The notes under the pieces are model-generated. The model worked only from the letters and a program-made list of their open reading frames with translations. It made no database searches and had not been told where the DNA came from. A DNA stretch of 64,000 bases from Adineta vaga (taxonomy: Eukaryota > Animalia > Rotifera). The DNA lies in assembly GCA_021613535.1 (NCBI GenBank), contig CP075492.1:15500001-15564000 (forward strand), written 5' to 3'. The translations under genes and the position numbers were made by a program. Positions 22,936 to 36,713 of the stretch are shown here, piece after piece (positions within the stretch are counted from its first letter, which is position 1; the number at the start of each line of letters is the position of its first letter).

Positions 22936-25153
22936 TTATTCTGATAGTAGATAGTTTAGAAACAATTGTCCAAAAATAATAGCAATAAGATTGATGATAA
23001 ACGAACTCAAGATTGTAACTGTGCTATTTAATTTAACTGTACGAGATTGCAATGCACGTAATGCTGATTGATCACCTTCAAGTAAGGGCTGCAGTAGATT
23101 CACCACTTTGCTATGATATTGATCAATAATATTCATTTGACCACGTGTCAAGAGACTGACATCGATGAGTGAACGTTCATAAGGTAAGAAAGTGATTAGA
23201 TCAAAACGTAAATATTGTGTATTATCATATGTGCTCTTGTTAGCCATTATTATTTCAACATCATTTTCAATACGAATGCCAAAAGCATCTGCTTTGTAAA
23301 ATCCTGGCTCATTAGAAACGAACATTCCATCTGCCAATGGTTCTTCGTATTCATCATATTGTAATCGTATGATTTGTGGACCTTCAGCGACTCGTAGATA
23401 GTGACCGAAGCCATGGCTAAATTGAAAAAATAAATCAGAATACAAGGCTATAGTTATGTACATACCCCGTAACATGTCCGTAGATCATGCCATCTCTGTA
23501 TAGTGACATTCGACCAAGATGATCTAACGAACGACCATACGTACCAGTTGGAAAGATAGCACTACCCAAATCAAGTACACCTTGAAGTACACGCGTATAA
23601 GCACGTTTTTCTAAACTTGTCGGAGTACCAAAATGATGAGTTCTTGTAATATCGGTTGTACAATCGAGATATTGACTACCTGCCTAGATAGAAATAAAAA
23701 ACGTGAAGAAAATTGAAACATCTCATTATAGATATGTAAGTCACGTCGAGTAAATAGATTTTATCTTTAGTAATTCTTCGAGCTGTCGCCTGTTCAGGTG
23801 AATAATGAATAATAGCTGCTCGATCACCGGCTGCTGAAATTGTACTAAAACTTGGAAATTTAAAATGTGTTTGTTCTTGTAAATAGATAGTAAGCTGTTC
23901 GACTGATTGTGTCTCATTAACAAATATATCATTGTTTAATTGTTCTTCAAGCCAACCAAGATGTTTCATACGTGCGACAGCATCACGAATTTGACATTGT
24001 CGCATTCCATTTCGTTCTACTTCATTTTTTTTTGCTTTCACACGTAGAATAGGTGAATTCTGCAATGGTTGCAATAATTTTTCATTTGGAATCGCATTAA
24101 ATATCGCTTGAGATAGTCGATGATTCGCCCAAATTTTGTTAATATTTGTATTTACCACTGTTACATTCAATCGCGACCAAAATTCAACATACTCAAATAT
24201 ACGTACTCCAGGAAGAGTAATTCCATTAAGTTGGCTCTTATTAACAAATAATTCCGGTTGATCAACAAGAAAATTGACATGTACAATTGCATATGATTTA
24301 AAAAGAGGATTGTAGGGAATATCCGCACCGCGTAAATTGAATAACCATGCGATTTCATCAAGAGTACTGATAATTGCTGTCGTTGCACCATACCTTTTGA
24401 GTTCAGCTGCTGTTTTATTTAATTTTTGAGCAACGGTCTCGCCTGCATATTGTAGATCATGAATAACAATAGGTTTGGCTGATGGTGCTGGTCGTCCGTT
24501 CGTTGTCCATATGCGACCGACAAGATCGCCAACAGAATATAGTTGTTTACCTATCAAGTTTAGTTCCGCATTGACTGCTGACCACCATAATGTAGTGCTA
24601 AATTCCGGTGTAGCACCAGATGGCTGATGAAACAAAAAGAAACGGTTAGAAATTACAAAACTGACTTATTCGTAGTGCAAACAGATTATTTTCTTACCAA
24701 TGCCGTCCGATTAGCTTCTGTAACCAGCCACGATATAAGACTTGGTACGTCCGGTAGACCTTCTCTCATCAATAGCCAATTTTCGCAATCGAGTTCTTCT
24801 TCTGCTTGTGTAAAATATCGATCATCAGTCCACAGAGCTGCTCCTGATGTCAGCGTGACAACAGCTGTTCCTGCTGAACCTCGAAATCCAGAAATCCAAT
24901 CACGTCGTTTGTCATATGGTTGTGTTGCTGTACTTCCATGTTCATCACCGTTGAATATCACATAAATACCAATCTGAGCATTTTGCATTTCACGCCGAAG
25001 AGCAGCTAAGATGTCTGATGTGTTTTTTTGTGTTCCAGAAATCGATTTACAAGTATTGTTAGTCGCTGCATTAACGGATAAACTCTCTGCCAATACTATT
25101 AGTAAAAAGTACAAGATCACAAATGTGTTCGAAAGCATCTTATATGCATACAT
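22936..25153 (-). CDS. Xaa-Pro aminopeptidase (aminopeptidase P, M24B), secreted and probably GPI-anchored (XPNPEP2-like); exons 25153-24698, 24623-23745, 23683-23466, 23416-22936
   Basis: Signal peptide. RRDWISGFRGSAGTAVV, LWTDDRYFTQA, LDEIAWLFNLRGADIPYNP, AIIHY, LDAGSQYLDCTTDITRT, GHGFG, SNEPGFY, GIRIEN. Hydrophobic C-terminus. Confidence 0.92.
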
Positions 25154-25829
25154 TTCGTTTTTTTTTCTGAAGTAAAACGGAATAAAACTTCACTTGTTGA
25201 AATATTTACTTGTGATATCAGTGTATGTCATTCATTTATGAGTGTATAAAATATATCGTAAAAGTATTGATTAGATTTCCATGAGAAGTTGTTGTTTTTT
25301 TTTGACAAAAAGAATGTGAATATAGATGAAGGAGGGAAAATTCTTACTCATATTCTTTCAATCGATCATGATGACAGAGTTAAATGGAGGATAGATTATC
25401 AGCAAGTCCTATTGGTAGTTAGAAGTGATTGTTATGTTTGAAATCTATTTCTTTTGGAAATTTATGTAAAAAAAGATGAAATAAAATGAACATTAAAAGC
25501 AACTTTTTTTTATAATAAAACTATATAAGTATTAATTAGTTTCTATATCGTTCTAACATATAATATTAATCAAACAGATGAAGAGTTGTGATCTAAATTG
25601 TATTGAATATTCCTTGGAATAAAATATCATATAAAAACTATTCTTGTCATTATAAAGATTATAGTTAGCTGCAGTTTTTATTAGTTCATCGCTTTCTTGC
25701 TTGTGACACTTGTTAACGTTCCACGCGATGGAAGTTGATTTATTTTTCAAAGACTATTTCATTGTCATTTTCTCAACTACATTCGAGTTCATATGCATGT
25801 GAATTATATGGTTTCGCGTTTGAATACAA

Positions 25830-27810
25830 ATCTAATGCTATTGTGAAAATCCAAATATTATTTATCAATTACAAACACAATATATATCAGAGAGTATGAT
25901 GAATGGTACTCAAAATCTAACCCATTGGTCAATGGATTTTATGGAGGATGTACCTCTCTCTCTCTCTCGAAGTTCTTTTTTTACCAAGTACACTCGATTG
26001 TTTATATGATATTCAATTATTCTTCGATTACTTTCCAGCTCTGAATCAAGTCTGTAGAATTCAATAGGTTATTGTACGTTCTCTTCTTCTCTTTTTTTCC
26101 AGCTAATAGATTTCAATTGGTCTACTTCGATTTTGTCTTCTAAATTTCAGAATATTACTGTCTACATTCATCTACTCAATCTATTCATCGAATAAAAGTC
26201 AACTGATGTGACTTATTGACAATATTTTCAAGAATGTGCTTCATTATCATGTACATATACAACAACAGATCAAATAAATTTCTCATACGCAATTACCATC
26301 TTCTTCAATTCATACTTCGGTTGATTGCACCATTCTTAGTCAAAAGTTTCTTGAAATTGATACATTATTTAATAGACAAATATGGTCACGTTGATATGTT
26401 TTTAATTTTAACGAGAGATTTACCGTTTTATCTTGGAAATCTAGTGTCTCATAACATGGATACCAACAAATTCGTTAAATCAATCAAACTACTCAATTTA
26501 TTTAAGAATATTCACAGACGAACAGAAGATTGTATCAAATAACAGAGAATTACAACACGTTTTCTCTATGAAATCTATCATTAATTATTTATGAAAATCT
26601 TGGAAATTTACATTTGAATACACTTCGATGTTCTACTACGAGTGATTTCGTGACTGATTGTTGCTTTGCATTAATGCAGAATATAGTGGATTATATAGCT
26701 GAAGATTGGCGTAATCGAACTTATTTACAATTTAGATTATTATCCACTCTTTGTCAATTGACTAATAATACGTTTGATGATGCTGTTCATCATTTTCTTT
26801 TGCAATATTTGATTGTTTCAAGTATTCTCTTGGAAGAAGAATTTAAGACTCAGCATTTCATCAATTCTTTCAATCGACAATTAATTCATTTGGTTCTCTT
26901 ATCAAGATAACACAGCTACTTACACAAGTCTATCTATTCTCTCTCTCTCTGAAAGGAATTCTTTGTTTCTTTTCTTTATTTCGGTAGGTAGTATTTAATT
27001 TACTTGGAACTCTGTATGTTAATTTATCAGACATGAATTGTATTTGTGCTATGAATTCGCATTGCCAAAGTCCGGTTACTCTTTATGAATAATGGATAAC
27101 ATTTGGAATTCTCATATTTCTGCACATATCAGTTCTATAGTACCAGGCTCAATTACAGGCTGTTCTACTTTTAATTCTCTCATGTTTTCTCAGAAAGTTA
27201 TTACCGAAATATTGAAGATCCATTACAGTTTGATTCTCATCCTCTCGTTTATGATAACAAATCAAGTCGTTTTCCTCCTAATACATCAATTTCAATATAT
27301 TTTCAATGCGGTATTTTGGAAATAATATGGGTCGACTAAAGACTAAGCATCTCGGAAAATGGTCAATACATAACTGTTCTATTTATTATTGATCTTACGA
27401 AAGATCAATTAAAATGTACATGTTCAGTCATTACGTCAAAATACGATCGATTTGTTCAAATTAAATCAAAATTTCATTAAGGAAGAAATAACAAAATATC
27501 TTGTAAATAACCTGAGAAATGACACAATTTCCTCAAGTGGTTATTCAGATATTGTCATTAATTCCATTTTAAGTTCTGTTGTTTACATTCTAGTTGGATG
27601 TGGAGACGGAAATTTTAAGGTACGAACAATATTTTCTACAGGATTTGAAGTTAAGGATATAATTGAGTTGATGTTGCTGACTTTGACAGTATGATGGCTA
27701 TCAAGATGTACTCGCTTCGGATGATACTAAAAGTACCGTTTTGAGTCTGCTCAATACCTGTAATTGCCAAACGACTGCAATCATCGGCATTAATACACCA
27801 GTCACTCTAT
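25830..27810 (+). pseudogene. Heavily degraded large membrane protein with C-terminal FG-GAP repeats (rotifer-expanded family)
   Basis: Scattered motifs NGFYGGC..STLDCLYD, LRLIAPFLVK, VPGSITGCSTFNSLMFS and VYILVGCGDGNFKVRTIFSTG, separated by many stops and frameshifts. Confidence 0.55.
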
Positions 27811-27864
27811 AATTCGTCAGAGAGAGCTCGCAATTTACATATAGTTAAGAGGATAAGCGTATAA

Positions 27865-28353
27865 CCCTTTGAGTCCCAGTGGGACATATATGTCCCACCT
27901 AACCAAAACGAAAGATTCTCATGGAATTTGAAATATTTTCAGGTTTTTTTAGCCTGAAAGTGATATTTGCGTTTAAGTGCTCTAATATTCAGATGAATAG
28001 ACTATATTAAAAAGTGTACCATGGTATGCTTATTCGATTTGAGACACTGTCCTCAACAGTTCAAATTTCGAAAATCTTATATTCCGACTAATTAAGTTAT
28101 AGTACGTCCTTGAAAAAACAGTTGACTCCGTATAGTATGATGGATTCGAATTATGATTCCGATGAAACTCAATCTGACGAAAGTAGAAGTTCGACTACTT
28201 CTGATGAACTAAATACTAGTGATATAAACATATCGATGTGAAATCACAGTTTTCTGTTGTAATATGGTCCCACATCTCGTAATACCATCTAAATGCTTAA
28301 TATGATGTTTTACTGAACTTATATTCAGTAAAATAAATGTGGGACTCAAAGGG
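27865..28353 (+). mobile_element. piggyBac-type non-autonomous element (489 bp), ATAA target-site duplication
   Basis: 14-bp TIR CCCTTTGAGTCCCA/TGGGACTCAAAGGG with ATAA on both flanks. Subterminal palindrome GTGGGACATATATGTCCCAC. Near-identical inverted copy at 37187-37675. Confidence 0.93.
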
Positions 28354-28496
28354 ATAAGAGAAAAATGATGAATACTCACCACTGATAATCACTATGATTC
28401 TCTCATTTTAGAAATATTTTTATTTATTTTTTGACAATCAATTGAATAATATAATACAACATATAGTTTAACTCATCCACTTCTGTGTTCAATTCT

Positions 28497-29486
28497 TCAT
28501 TGTCTATTTTCATCTTCACCCATCGGTGCTAAGTCTCTATCAATTATCTTACAGATTGTACGTTTTAGTTCGTGTCGAAAAGATTTCGAAATGATTATAA
28601 ACACACAGAAATTGGAAACATACGGAATATTGTAAAGAAAATTAACAAAATTATTTACGAAACTATAGATGGCGTGTTCCAGTGGTGTTCGTACATAATC
28701 GAGTGTAACAGCATCATATACATAGAATATAATTATCCATATACTAAAAGTAATGTAAATAATATCTTGAACAAATAAACAACGAAGTAATTGAAAATCT
28801 TTCTTTGTCATTGATCGAATTTGATTTCGTTTTTCACGTGGTACAACTCGAAGTTGACGAACATTCTTAAACGCTAATGCACACAAAACAATCATAAGAA
28901 GAAAAAAAGTTGTATTAAAAATTGCCGTAGAATAAGGAATAAAATAAAGATAAAATCTATCCGAATCATAATAGCAAATAAAATACGATGGATAGATCTC
29001 TTGTAGATTAGTTTTAATCAATATATGTGAATTGAAAATCGCCCAAAAGATTGTTCCTATACTAATAGAGAAATAAGCTAAACGTCTCGAACTATACAAT
29101 CTTGTATCAACATTTTGTGAAGAAATTAATAGTCGATCAATCGATGCAAGAATACGAATAGTAGGAGAAAGTGTAGCAGCAAGAAATGTTAAATACATCA
29201 ACATTTTACAGATAATAATATTCGAATTTAGTAAATTGATTTCATAACCAATTGAAAATATAAGAAAAAACATTGCAGTATTGATCCAACAAGAATTCCA
29301 AAAAAGACAAGTTTTAAAATAAAGTACACAAACATTTTTTCTCCAAGATTTTTTGGAAAATATTAAGATACTGGTAATATTTCCAATGTTACCAAAAACA
29401 TAAATGACAGGAATGAAATACTTATAAATATAGACGATAGTAAGGTTAAGATTATTGATATGATAAGAAATATCAATTGAACTCAT
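28497..29486 (-). CDS. Class A-like 7TM GPCR (divergent, rotifer-type), intronless
   Basis: Seven hydrophobic segments, GN in TM1, CK at the start of TM3, SIDR (DRY-like), SKSFR in helix 8. Confidence 0.85.
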   Translation of the reverse strand: MSSIDISYHINNLNLTIVYIYKYFIPVIYVFGNIGNITSILIFSKKSWRKNVCVLYFKTCLFWNSCWINTAMFFLIFSIGYEINLLNSNIIICKMLMYLTFLAATLSPTIRILASIDRLLISSQNVDTRLYSSRRLAYFSISIGTIFWAIFNSHILIKTNLQEIYPSYFICYYDSDRFYLYFIPYSTAIFNTTFFLLMIVLCALAFKNVRQLRVVPREKRNQIRSMTKKDFQLLRCLFVQDIIYITFSIWIIIFYVYDAVTLDYVRTPLEHAIYSFVNNFVNFLYNIPYVSNFCVFIIISKSFRHELKRTICKIIDRDLAPMGEDENRQ

Positions 29487-30918
29487 TGTTGTGCGAGATT
29501 AATTTGACTAAATTTTATAGAGAAATGAATTTCGTTTGTAATCATTTAGATTAATTTGAAAGAAAGCTTATTACATGAGAAAAAAGAAAAAAACCGTGTT
29601 TTTGACAACATGTTTGTCACGTAGTTCTCTTTAGATACTCTAGAAAATGAATCTTCAAGTATAAAATATAATGACTTTGACAGAATTCAACAGTTGTTTT
29701 ATTTTCTCGATGGTTCTCAAAGAGCTTATCTTTTGACATTCGACATGCCAAAAAAACTCATTAAATGCTATAAATTCTTAACTAAAATACAAAGAAGATT
29801 TGAATACAATGTCATACTAGTTAATAAGTAGGATTTCAACAAATTCATTCAAGTAAAAGGATGTTCGGTACCGGTGGAAAACTATGTCTATGGTGTAAAC
29901 TGTCAATTAAGGCTTTTGACAATTCAATGAAGACAATACGAGAGACATATCAAGTTCCATCTGCAAGAATATTATATACATACATATATATATATATGGA
30001 TCATGCTAAGGTTAAGAAATTCTACTTCATAATGGACCACTTCGTCAGAAACTTATCTTTCAATATATCATTGATCTAAATCACGAAATTTCGATGATAC
30101 TAATATGAATTTTGACAGTTCATCTATCTAGTTTGTTGCAATCTGATGATTGAAACTTCAAAAAGAATTTAATGTAGAATATCATTTTCACCTAGGCTTT
30201 CCATCTTGATAAATATATGCTTAATCTTAATTTCGTTTTCTTGTTTATTTTATCATATTCACGAACGGTAAAACGAAAACAAAATGTGACCATGTTTGTT
30301 GACATAATGAGTACATTATATTCATATGTGCGTCATGTTTTCTCGTATGAATGAATAAACAAAAAAGTATTCGTATCATTTACCTGTTCTGCATTTTTAA
30401 TCATCCTCTGTTTTGGATAGCCACTTTTAGCATTTTTTCGCATTCCATTTTGGATCTATATCATTTGGAACATTTCAATGGTTAAATTTTTTTGGTAAAA
30501 AATGTTGTAAAAATATTGGTTCTTGACAAATCTGTTTTTTTTACAAAACATTATCAAGCTTTTGAAAATGAATCATCTAAAAGATACATCCGATATGTAT
30601 TATTACTCGGATATATATATTCATTCTTATTAAGTAAGAATCTGGCATTCATAAGCATGATATAGAATGAAACGATTGGTATGATCAAGTAAAAACCGTA
30701 AATAGAAATTTAAGGTTTTAAGAACGAGTGTGCCTAGTATGAAGGCGAACCAGAATGAGAACTAATACAGATGGCTGTTCCTACGCTTCCTCCATCTTCA
30801 AAGCAGTAGATTATTTTTGACACCTGTCATTTTTCTCATTCACTTTACCATCAAATATAAAAACAACACAACTTAGTTTTCGTTTCATTCTAACCATCAC
30901 CATCATCACTTTCAAGCG

Positions 30919-31641
30919 ATGCTAACACGAACAACAATTATTCTTCTCTTAGTTTCTCTTTGTCATTGTTTAGCAACAAATTTAATTGTTGGTATTGGTG
31001 ATTCATGGACATCAGGTGATGGTGGTGGTTCAGTTGGTGCAAATGGTCGTTCACCTAATGCATATCCACTTGTTGCTGCTAAATTATTAAATTGGGAAGG
31101 AAAAAATTTAGCACGTGGTGGTTCCAAAATTAATGATATTGCTAATCAATTGAAAACATTTAGTACACTTCCTTATCCTCCTACACATATTGTTGTTAGC
31201 ACTAGTGGCAACGATCTTGGTGTTGCAGATGCGCTCATTCAAGTCACTCTGCTCAATAATATTGCTGCTGTTTCAACGAAACTCGCCACAATTAAACCTC
31301 GACTTGTTGCTGTTTATAAATCCATTCAAGCTTATGTTCCAACAGCTAAAGTCTATGCAATTCCTTATCCTAACTTCGTCGGTACTTCAAATAAACTTCC
31401 CAATGAAGCTAAATGTCGTCAAATGATGGAACTGATCACAACAACAGTACGAGAAGCTGCTGCCGAAGCAAATATTGGATATATTGATGTTTCTGGTGCA
31501 TTTCGTGGACATGAAATGTATTCTCAAGATCCATTTATTTGGGGTCTTTTTGATCGATCAGCAGCTCATCCAAATCAAAAAGGTTATGCCAAAATGGGAG
31601 AAATGGTTGCAGAATATTTACAAGCAGAATCGAATTATTAA
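30919..31641 (+). CDS. Secreted SGNH/GDSL hydrolase, bacterial-like, intronless
   Basis: Signal peptide. Block I GDSW, block II ARGGS, block III SGND, block V AAHPNQKGY. TATAAAA at about 30857 and AATAAA after the stop. Confidence 0.9.
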   Translation: MLTRTTIILLLVSLCHCLATNLIVGIGDSWTSGDGGGSVGANGRSPNAYPLVAAKLLNWEGKNLARGGSKINDIANQLKTFSTLPYPPTHIVVSTSGNDLGVADALIQVTLLNNIAAVSTKLATIKPRLVAVYKSIQAYVPTAKVYAIPYPNFVGTSNKLPNEAKCRQMMELITTTVREAAAEANIGYIDVSGAFRGHEMYSQDPFIWGLFDRSAAHPNQKGYAKMGEMVAEYLQAESNY

Positions 31642-31843
31642 CCTTGATCTATCGTTATTGCTAATAAAATACTAAAGAGAAACCGAAATCGAATACTGAC
31701 TAGTTGTCAATGTGACGTTTCTGAAAAACAAAAGCTCGAGAAGTCTAATGGATAGATGAAAAATAGCTTTTAATTAATTTTTTTATTGATCGTATTTATT
31801 TAATCGTTTAATGTGAAATAATTCATTTTTGAATGATGAATGT

Positions 31844-32815
31844 TTAAATTGTACCGTTTGTAGTTGGATTTATTTGATTAAGTTTCTTCCAAAAGAATAG
31901 TTTGTCTTTGACTGTTCGACGAAAACGACTTGATGAAATGAGAAATGCATAACAACTTCCCTAAAACAATCAAAGATAAATGAAATAAAAGTATTGGAAC
32001 AAACATACGGCATAATAGAAATAACATATTAAACTTAGAAATGAAACAGCAAAAGTTTCAATTATTATTTGATTTGAATCTTTTACCATTGTTGATGTTA
32101 CTAAAATATAACTTGTAATAATTCCGCATGGAAGTACAGTTATTAAAACAAGTAAAACTTGAAATAAAGTCATTTTAAACAATTGACGATCAAATCGTTG
32201 ATCAATAGGAGTTCTTATCGAATGAATATTTCGATAAGTTAAATATCCAAATATACTCATAATTAATATTGGACCAAAACTATTCAAACCAATAGCATAA
32301 ACAGATATATAAATAGAAAATGCTGAATTTGTAATTAAACATGTTTTTGTTATTGATGAGATATCAAAACACATGAAAGCAATTGTTCCATGAAGACAAC
32401 AGACTATGATTAGAATAAAAACAATTCGATGTGTCCATTTGATATTACTTAAACGACGAAAATGAACATTTCTTGATGTAACAAAAAATTGATCGATCGA
32501 AGATAAACATGAACATATAAATGAAAATGAACCAAGAATAATAATGAAATATTGCCGTAATTTACACCAATGTGTCGATGTGCGAGTTAGATCAATATTA
32601 AAACCAACACTTACGATTCGTGAGATAAGAATAATTAATAGAAAGAAAAGATTATCAATTGAATTAACAAGAAAATAAAATGAACATGATGTTCGACGAT
32701 ATGAACGTATACTTGAAAAGATAAAAATATTTAAACTATTTCCAATGACACCGATAATAACAAGAAATATTCCAAGATAAATTGTTATTTGTTGATTGGC
32801 ATATAATAAGGACAT
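31844..32815 (-). CDS. Class A-like 7TM GPCR; exons 32815-32009 and 31960-31844
   Basis: GVIGNSLN, WCKLRQY, SIDQF. A 48-nt GT-AG intron restores TM7/helix 8 (YYAGSCYAFLISSSRFR). Confidence 0.85.
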
Positions 32816-35741
32816 TTTATATTTGATAGAATGTACTATAAGAATTATTTCTCATATATAATAGAATAAGCCAGTCTGAATTTTCTAGACATACTTTTTC
32901 CGTATTTATAGAAAAAAAAGAGAAATATTTCTTTGATATATAATTGAGAACTTAGCTACTCGCTGACCTACCATTTATTTTAATGAGATAGCCGTTTGAT
33001 CGAAATGTTTTTCTTTCTTTCATTATTAGAGATAATTAACAAGCAGATTTGATTTATACTTTTTCTTTGAAGATAATTATTGACGTAAATCTTGTTATTA
33101 TTACATTCTGATAAGCATTCTCCCAAGTACTTCCTTTTTATCAACATTCTAGCTGGAAAAAGAATGTGAAGTATTTGTTTACTCAATCAATAGCTGATAA
33201 CTTGGCGTCTGATGTTTGGGACAGAAATCTGATTTTAGATTCAGATGTATCATTGAATTGTACATCGCGTAGGCTATTTATGCAGTATTTTTGTTTATTT
33301 CATGTTCTATCAGATTCAACAAAAAAACGAAAAAAGTACACGAGTTAATGCTCACGTCAGATGTTCTCGTAGTTCGTAGTCAATTGTTTGTTTTGATATG
33401 TTGCATAAATATGTTCCATCTCAATGGTTTAATAAAATATAAATAAAATCGTCGTCGTCATTAACAGCAATAATATCAACAATTGTATCAATCATACGTA
33501 TAATCACCAACAGAATATTCTTTAACCGAACTAAAACTTCGATTTCCATAGTTTATTATCATTATTTATATCTTTAATTTTGATAAATATTGAGTTTCTA
33601 CATGATCTGACAGCAGAACTGGTGAAAATCTACTCAGATGTCTTTTCTGAAAAGGGACCCTCTCATGTGAAAACAGAGCTGAGCTTACGCGAGTGTGTCA
33701 AATAAATACGTATAATATACACGGTCTACTTTCTCAAATCCTAAAAAATCAGTCATATAGAATATCGTGATATTTGGGTCTCGATATCCGGTCTATATCA
33801 GTAATATGACATCTATGAATATCAAAAGGAACTCATAAATATAAGAGTAACAATTAGGTATGATTGCGCAACCTCTCATACTCGTACGGTTACATTTCTT
33901 GACTGTCATCCCGATAATAGACGATTACAAAATTTCATCGAACTATAGTATTCGAAAAAATCATGGAACAACAACATTTTCCAAAACGAATTCGTCTAGT
34001 CTAATATAACGTTGTATAGTTCTAGCTATAGCGTATTCACATCTGCCTGATTCAAGCTTTAATTCTACAGGACCTCGTCAAACTTCTATTTTTCACCATT
34101 TATGTAATGCATACCGATAGTAATTGTATCGTTTATTCTAGTGCTGTACAGCCGACGGCTTATTTCTAATTTGTTCTATACATTAGAATATTATTTGATC
34201 GTTCCCTCCTACTACCGAACAACATGAACTCCGTAGTCAACGCATGTCGATACGATTATTCATCTTGCAACAACGCCCGAAAACGATCATGCATTTTATA
34301 GACTACATGGTCCTATTGTGAGAAAGTTACAACTATAAGAGGACTGTACATGTCTTCGTCACCAACTTGCATTACTGAGGCTATAGTTTTTGATTCTTCT
34401 AGCTATACGCAGTTATTTTCGGTATCGAAGCTGTATGTTGGATGTTATGCAATTGAAGCATTACTTCAATCCAATCTCGAATGCTTCTATAACATTAATT
34501 GTATCGATAGAATACAGCCATGAAAGATATTCTTATGATGTATTGATTGGTGGTTTAATCACTGTTCAGTTCGTCCTACTCTGTAGAATGAGATGCAAAC
34601 CTAAACGTAATAGGATTGTCTTCGTAGATGCAACTCAGTTCTATATCAACACGCAATTAACAATAATCCACATGACTTTGATGCACGATTAAATAATTAA
34701 AAACATGAGATTTCGTGATATAAAACGAAGGGAACTGATTTAGTTTCTCCGATAAATGAGCTGTTTATCATTCTAACATATAATATAAAATTATAGTTAA
34801 ATGCTTTGAAGATGTGGGTGATATAAACGCTTTTCGTAGCAGTATTACCGAAACTTTATTATGAAATTTACAGATAATAGTAAGCTCTATAGGTCTACTT
34901 TACAATGAATACAATAAGAGTATGCGAGAATACGTACTGAATTTGATGATTTTCGTTATGAGTATATTAGTTTACTTATAAGCGAGTGCATGTTATCGAG
35001 GATAATTGGCGTAGGAATAATGCTTATAGAGAATCAAAGAATATAATTTGTGAACTGTGCGTTCATTCTGTATGAGATAGATTATTTATAAGGTCACATC
35101 ATAACGCAAGATTCTTTCTTCGTGCAGTTTTTCTACTAATAACATTTTGTAATGTCAACCATATTTTATTTGGCACTTAGTGAAGTACTATTTTCATAGT
35201 GCTGTTCGTAAATTGATTCATCCTATTCAAACAAGCACACTAATTTCATTAGAACTATTGCATCTGTTTCGTCAACTGTAATAGATATAATCGTATAAAA
35301 ATACTTTTGGCAACAGTCGCTAAAAGGCAGTGTAGTTTAAACATCAAGAATATAATCATGAAATGTGATGTAAAAAGAATATTTTTCTGGAGCTAAGGCT
35401 CGGTGTCCGTGAGTGTGAATGCCGATGCAAATATGATAGGAGACACGCTGATGACTCCAATACCCTTACTCACACTCTCAAAATCTCATTAAAATCGATC
35501 GAAGAACATATACTTGTCACATGCTTTTTTATTCAACATATTCTTTTCTTGAAATAAATGTTCTGAACCAACAGGAAAAGCAAATAAGAGATGAAAAGAT
35601 GTATGCTTTTAATTATTGTGACAAAAGAACGCATGCATAAATTATAATGAAGAAGAAGAAGATATTTTAAGATTTTTTCCACATAATAAATCAAATTAAA
35701 AGATAATATAACCAACAGGGTCATCAAACACCGCATGTCTT

Positions 35742-36713
35742 TTAAGTATTTTGAGATATAGGATAAGTTTTATTTTGAGCAACAATTGCCATTGGAAATC
35801 CTGGGTGTATTTTGGGCCTTCTTTGCCAACCCAATCGTTCTAGAATAGCATCATACGTCTTTTTCCATGCCATTTCATACCGCTTATGTAATGCACAAAC
35901 TAAAACTCCATCTATGCTCATTTCCGCTACATTTCCGATAGCGACAATAAAATTTGTTTGATTATCAACTGTTTCCATACGAAGATGAACTAGAAAAACA
36001 AATGGTCCCCATAGAATGATCCATATTGTGTAGAAAATAAAAAAGCGATAAATCAATCGACGATGATGATTACGACGAACAAGGATTTGTTGAGGATGTG
36101 TCTTTTTTATGAAGATTAAACATAAAATCAATGAAGTAAAACTTATGATAATTGGCAGAGCAAAGAGAACAGTGAGATTCCACACTCGAATTGTAACAGA
36201 ATTGAACGCCACTGAACAACTTGATCCAGCTTCTTCGATAACAACACACCATTTCATCTCATGTTCAACAATCATGTTTATCAGAATAAAAATAGGGATT
36301 GTTAAAAAGAGGAGTAGAACATGACGTGGATATTTGACATAGATGCTCTCATTTCGAACAATCTGCCAATAACGACAAAGATTTAGACAAGTCAAATAAA
36401 ATGATTCCAAAATATTGAAAAAGAGCATAAAATAAGCCTCAAAATAACATGAGATCTGCCATGTTCTTGTTCGTGCGGTACTTCGAATGCCATATTGAAC
36501 AAGATATCCACTTAGAAGAAAAATATCTGTTGAAACATATCCGAGAGCAAAGATAAAACTAAGATCGAATTTGATTTTGTGAAAAAACAATTGAAACCAT
36601 AATGACGAATGAAGAAATACACCAACTAATGTAATAGATAAAAGAACATAGTTTTGAGATAAAGTTACAGCATTCCATCCAATTGTATAATTTCCAAAGG
36701 ATTCTAAGATCAT
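35742..36713 (-). CDS. Divergent 7TM GPCR-like protein, paralog A (323 aa)
   Basis: Seven TM segments, SCYFEAY and CRYWQI (DRY-like), ECL2 Cys. ATG at 36713 matches the paralog B start. Confidence 0.85.
   Translation of the reverse strand: MILESFGNYTIGWNAVTLSQNYVLLSITLVGVFLHSSLWFQLFFHKIKFDLSFIFALGYVSTDIFLLSGYLVQYGIRSTARTRTWQISCYFEAYFMLFFNILESFYLTCLNLCRYWQIVRNESIYVKYPRHVLLLFLTIPIFILINMIVEHEMKWCVVIEEAGSSCSVAFNSVTIRVWNLTVLFALPIIISFTSLILCLIFIKKTHPQQILVRRNHHRRLIYRFFIFYTIWIILWGPFVFLVHLRMETVDNQTNFIVAIGNVAEMSIDGVLVCALHKRYEMAWKKTYDAILERLGWQRRPKIHPGFPMAIVAQNKTYPISQNT

Noticed and set aside
33400-35500. Long intergenic tract with slightly higher GC, possible retroelement remnant
   Set aside because: No LTR pair, RT/integrase motif or TIR was visible.
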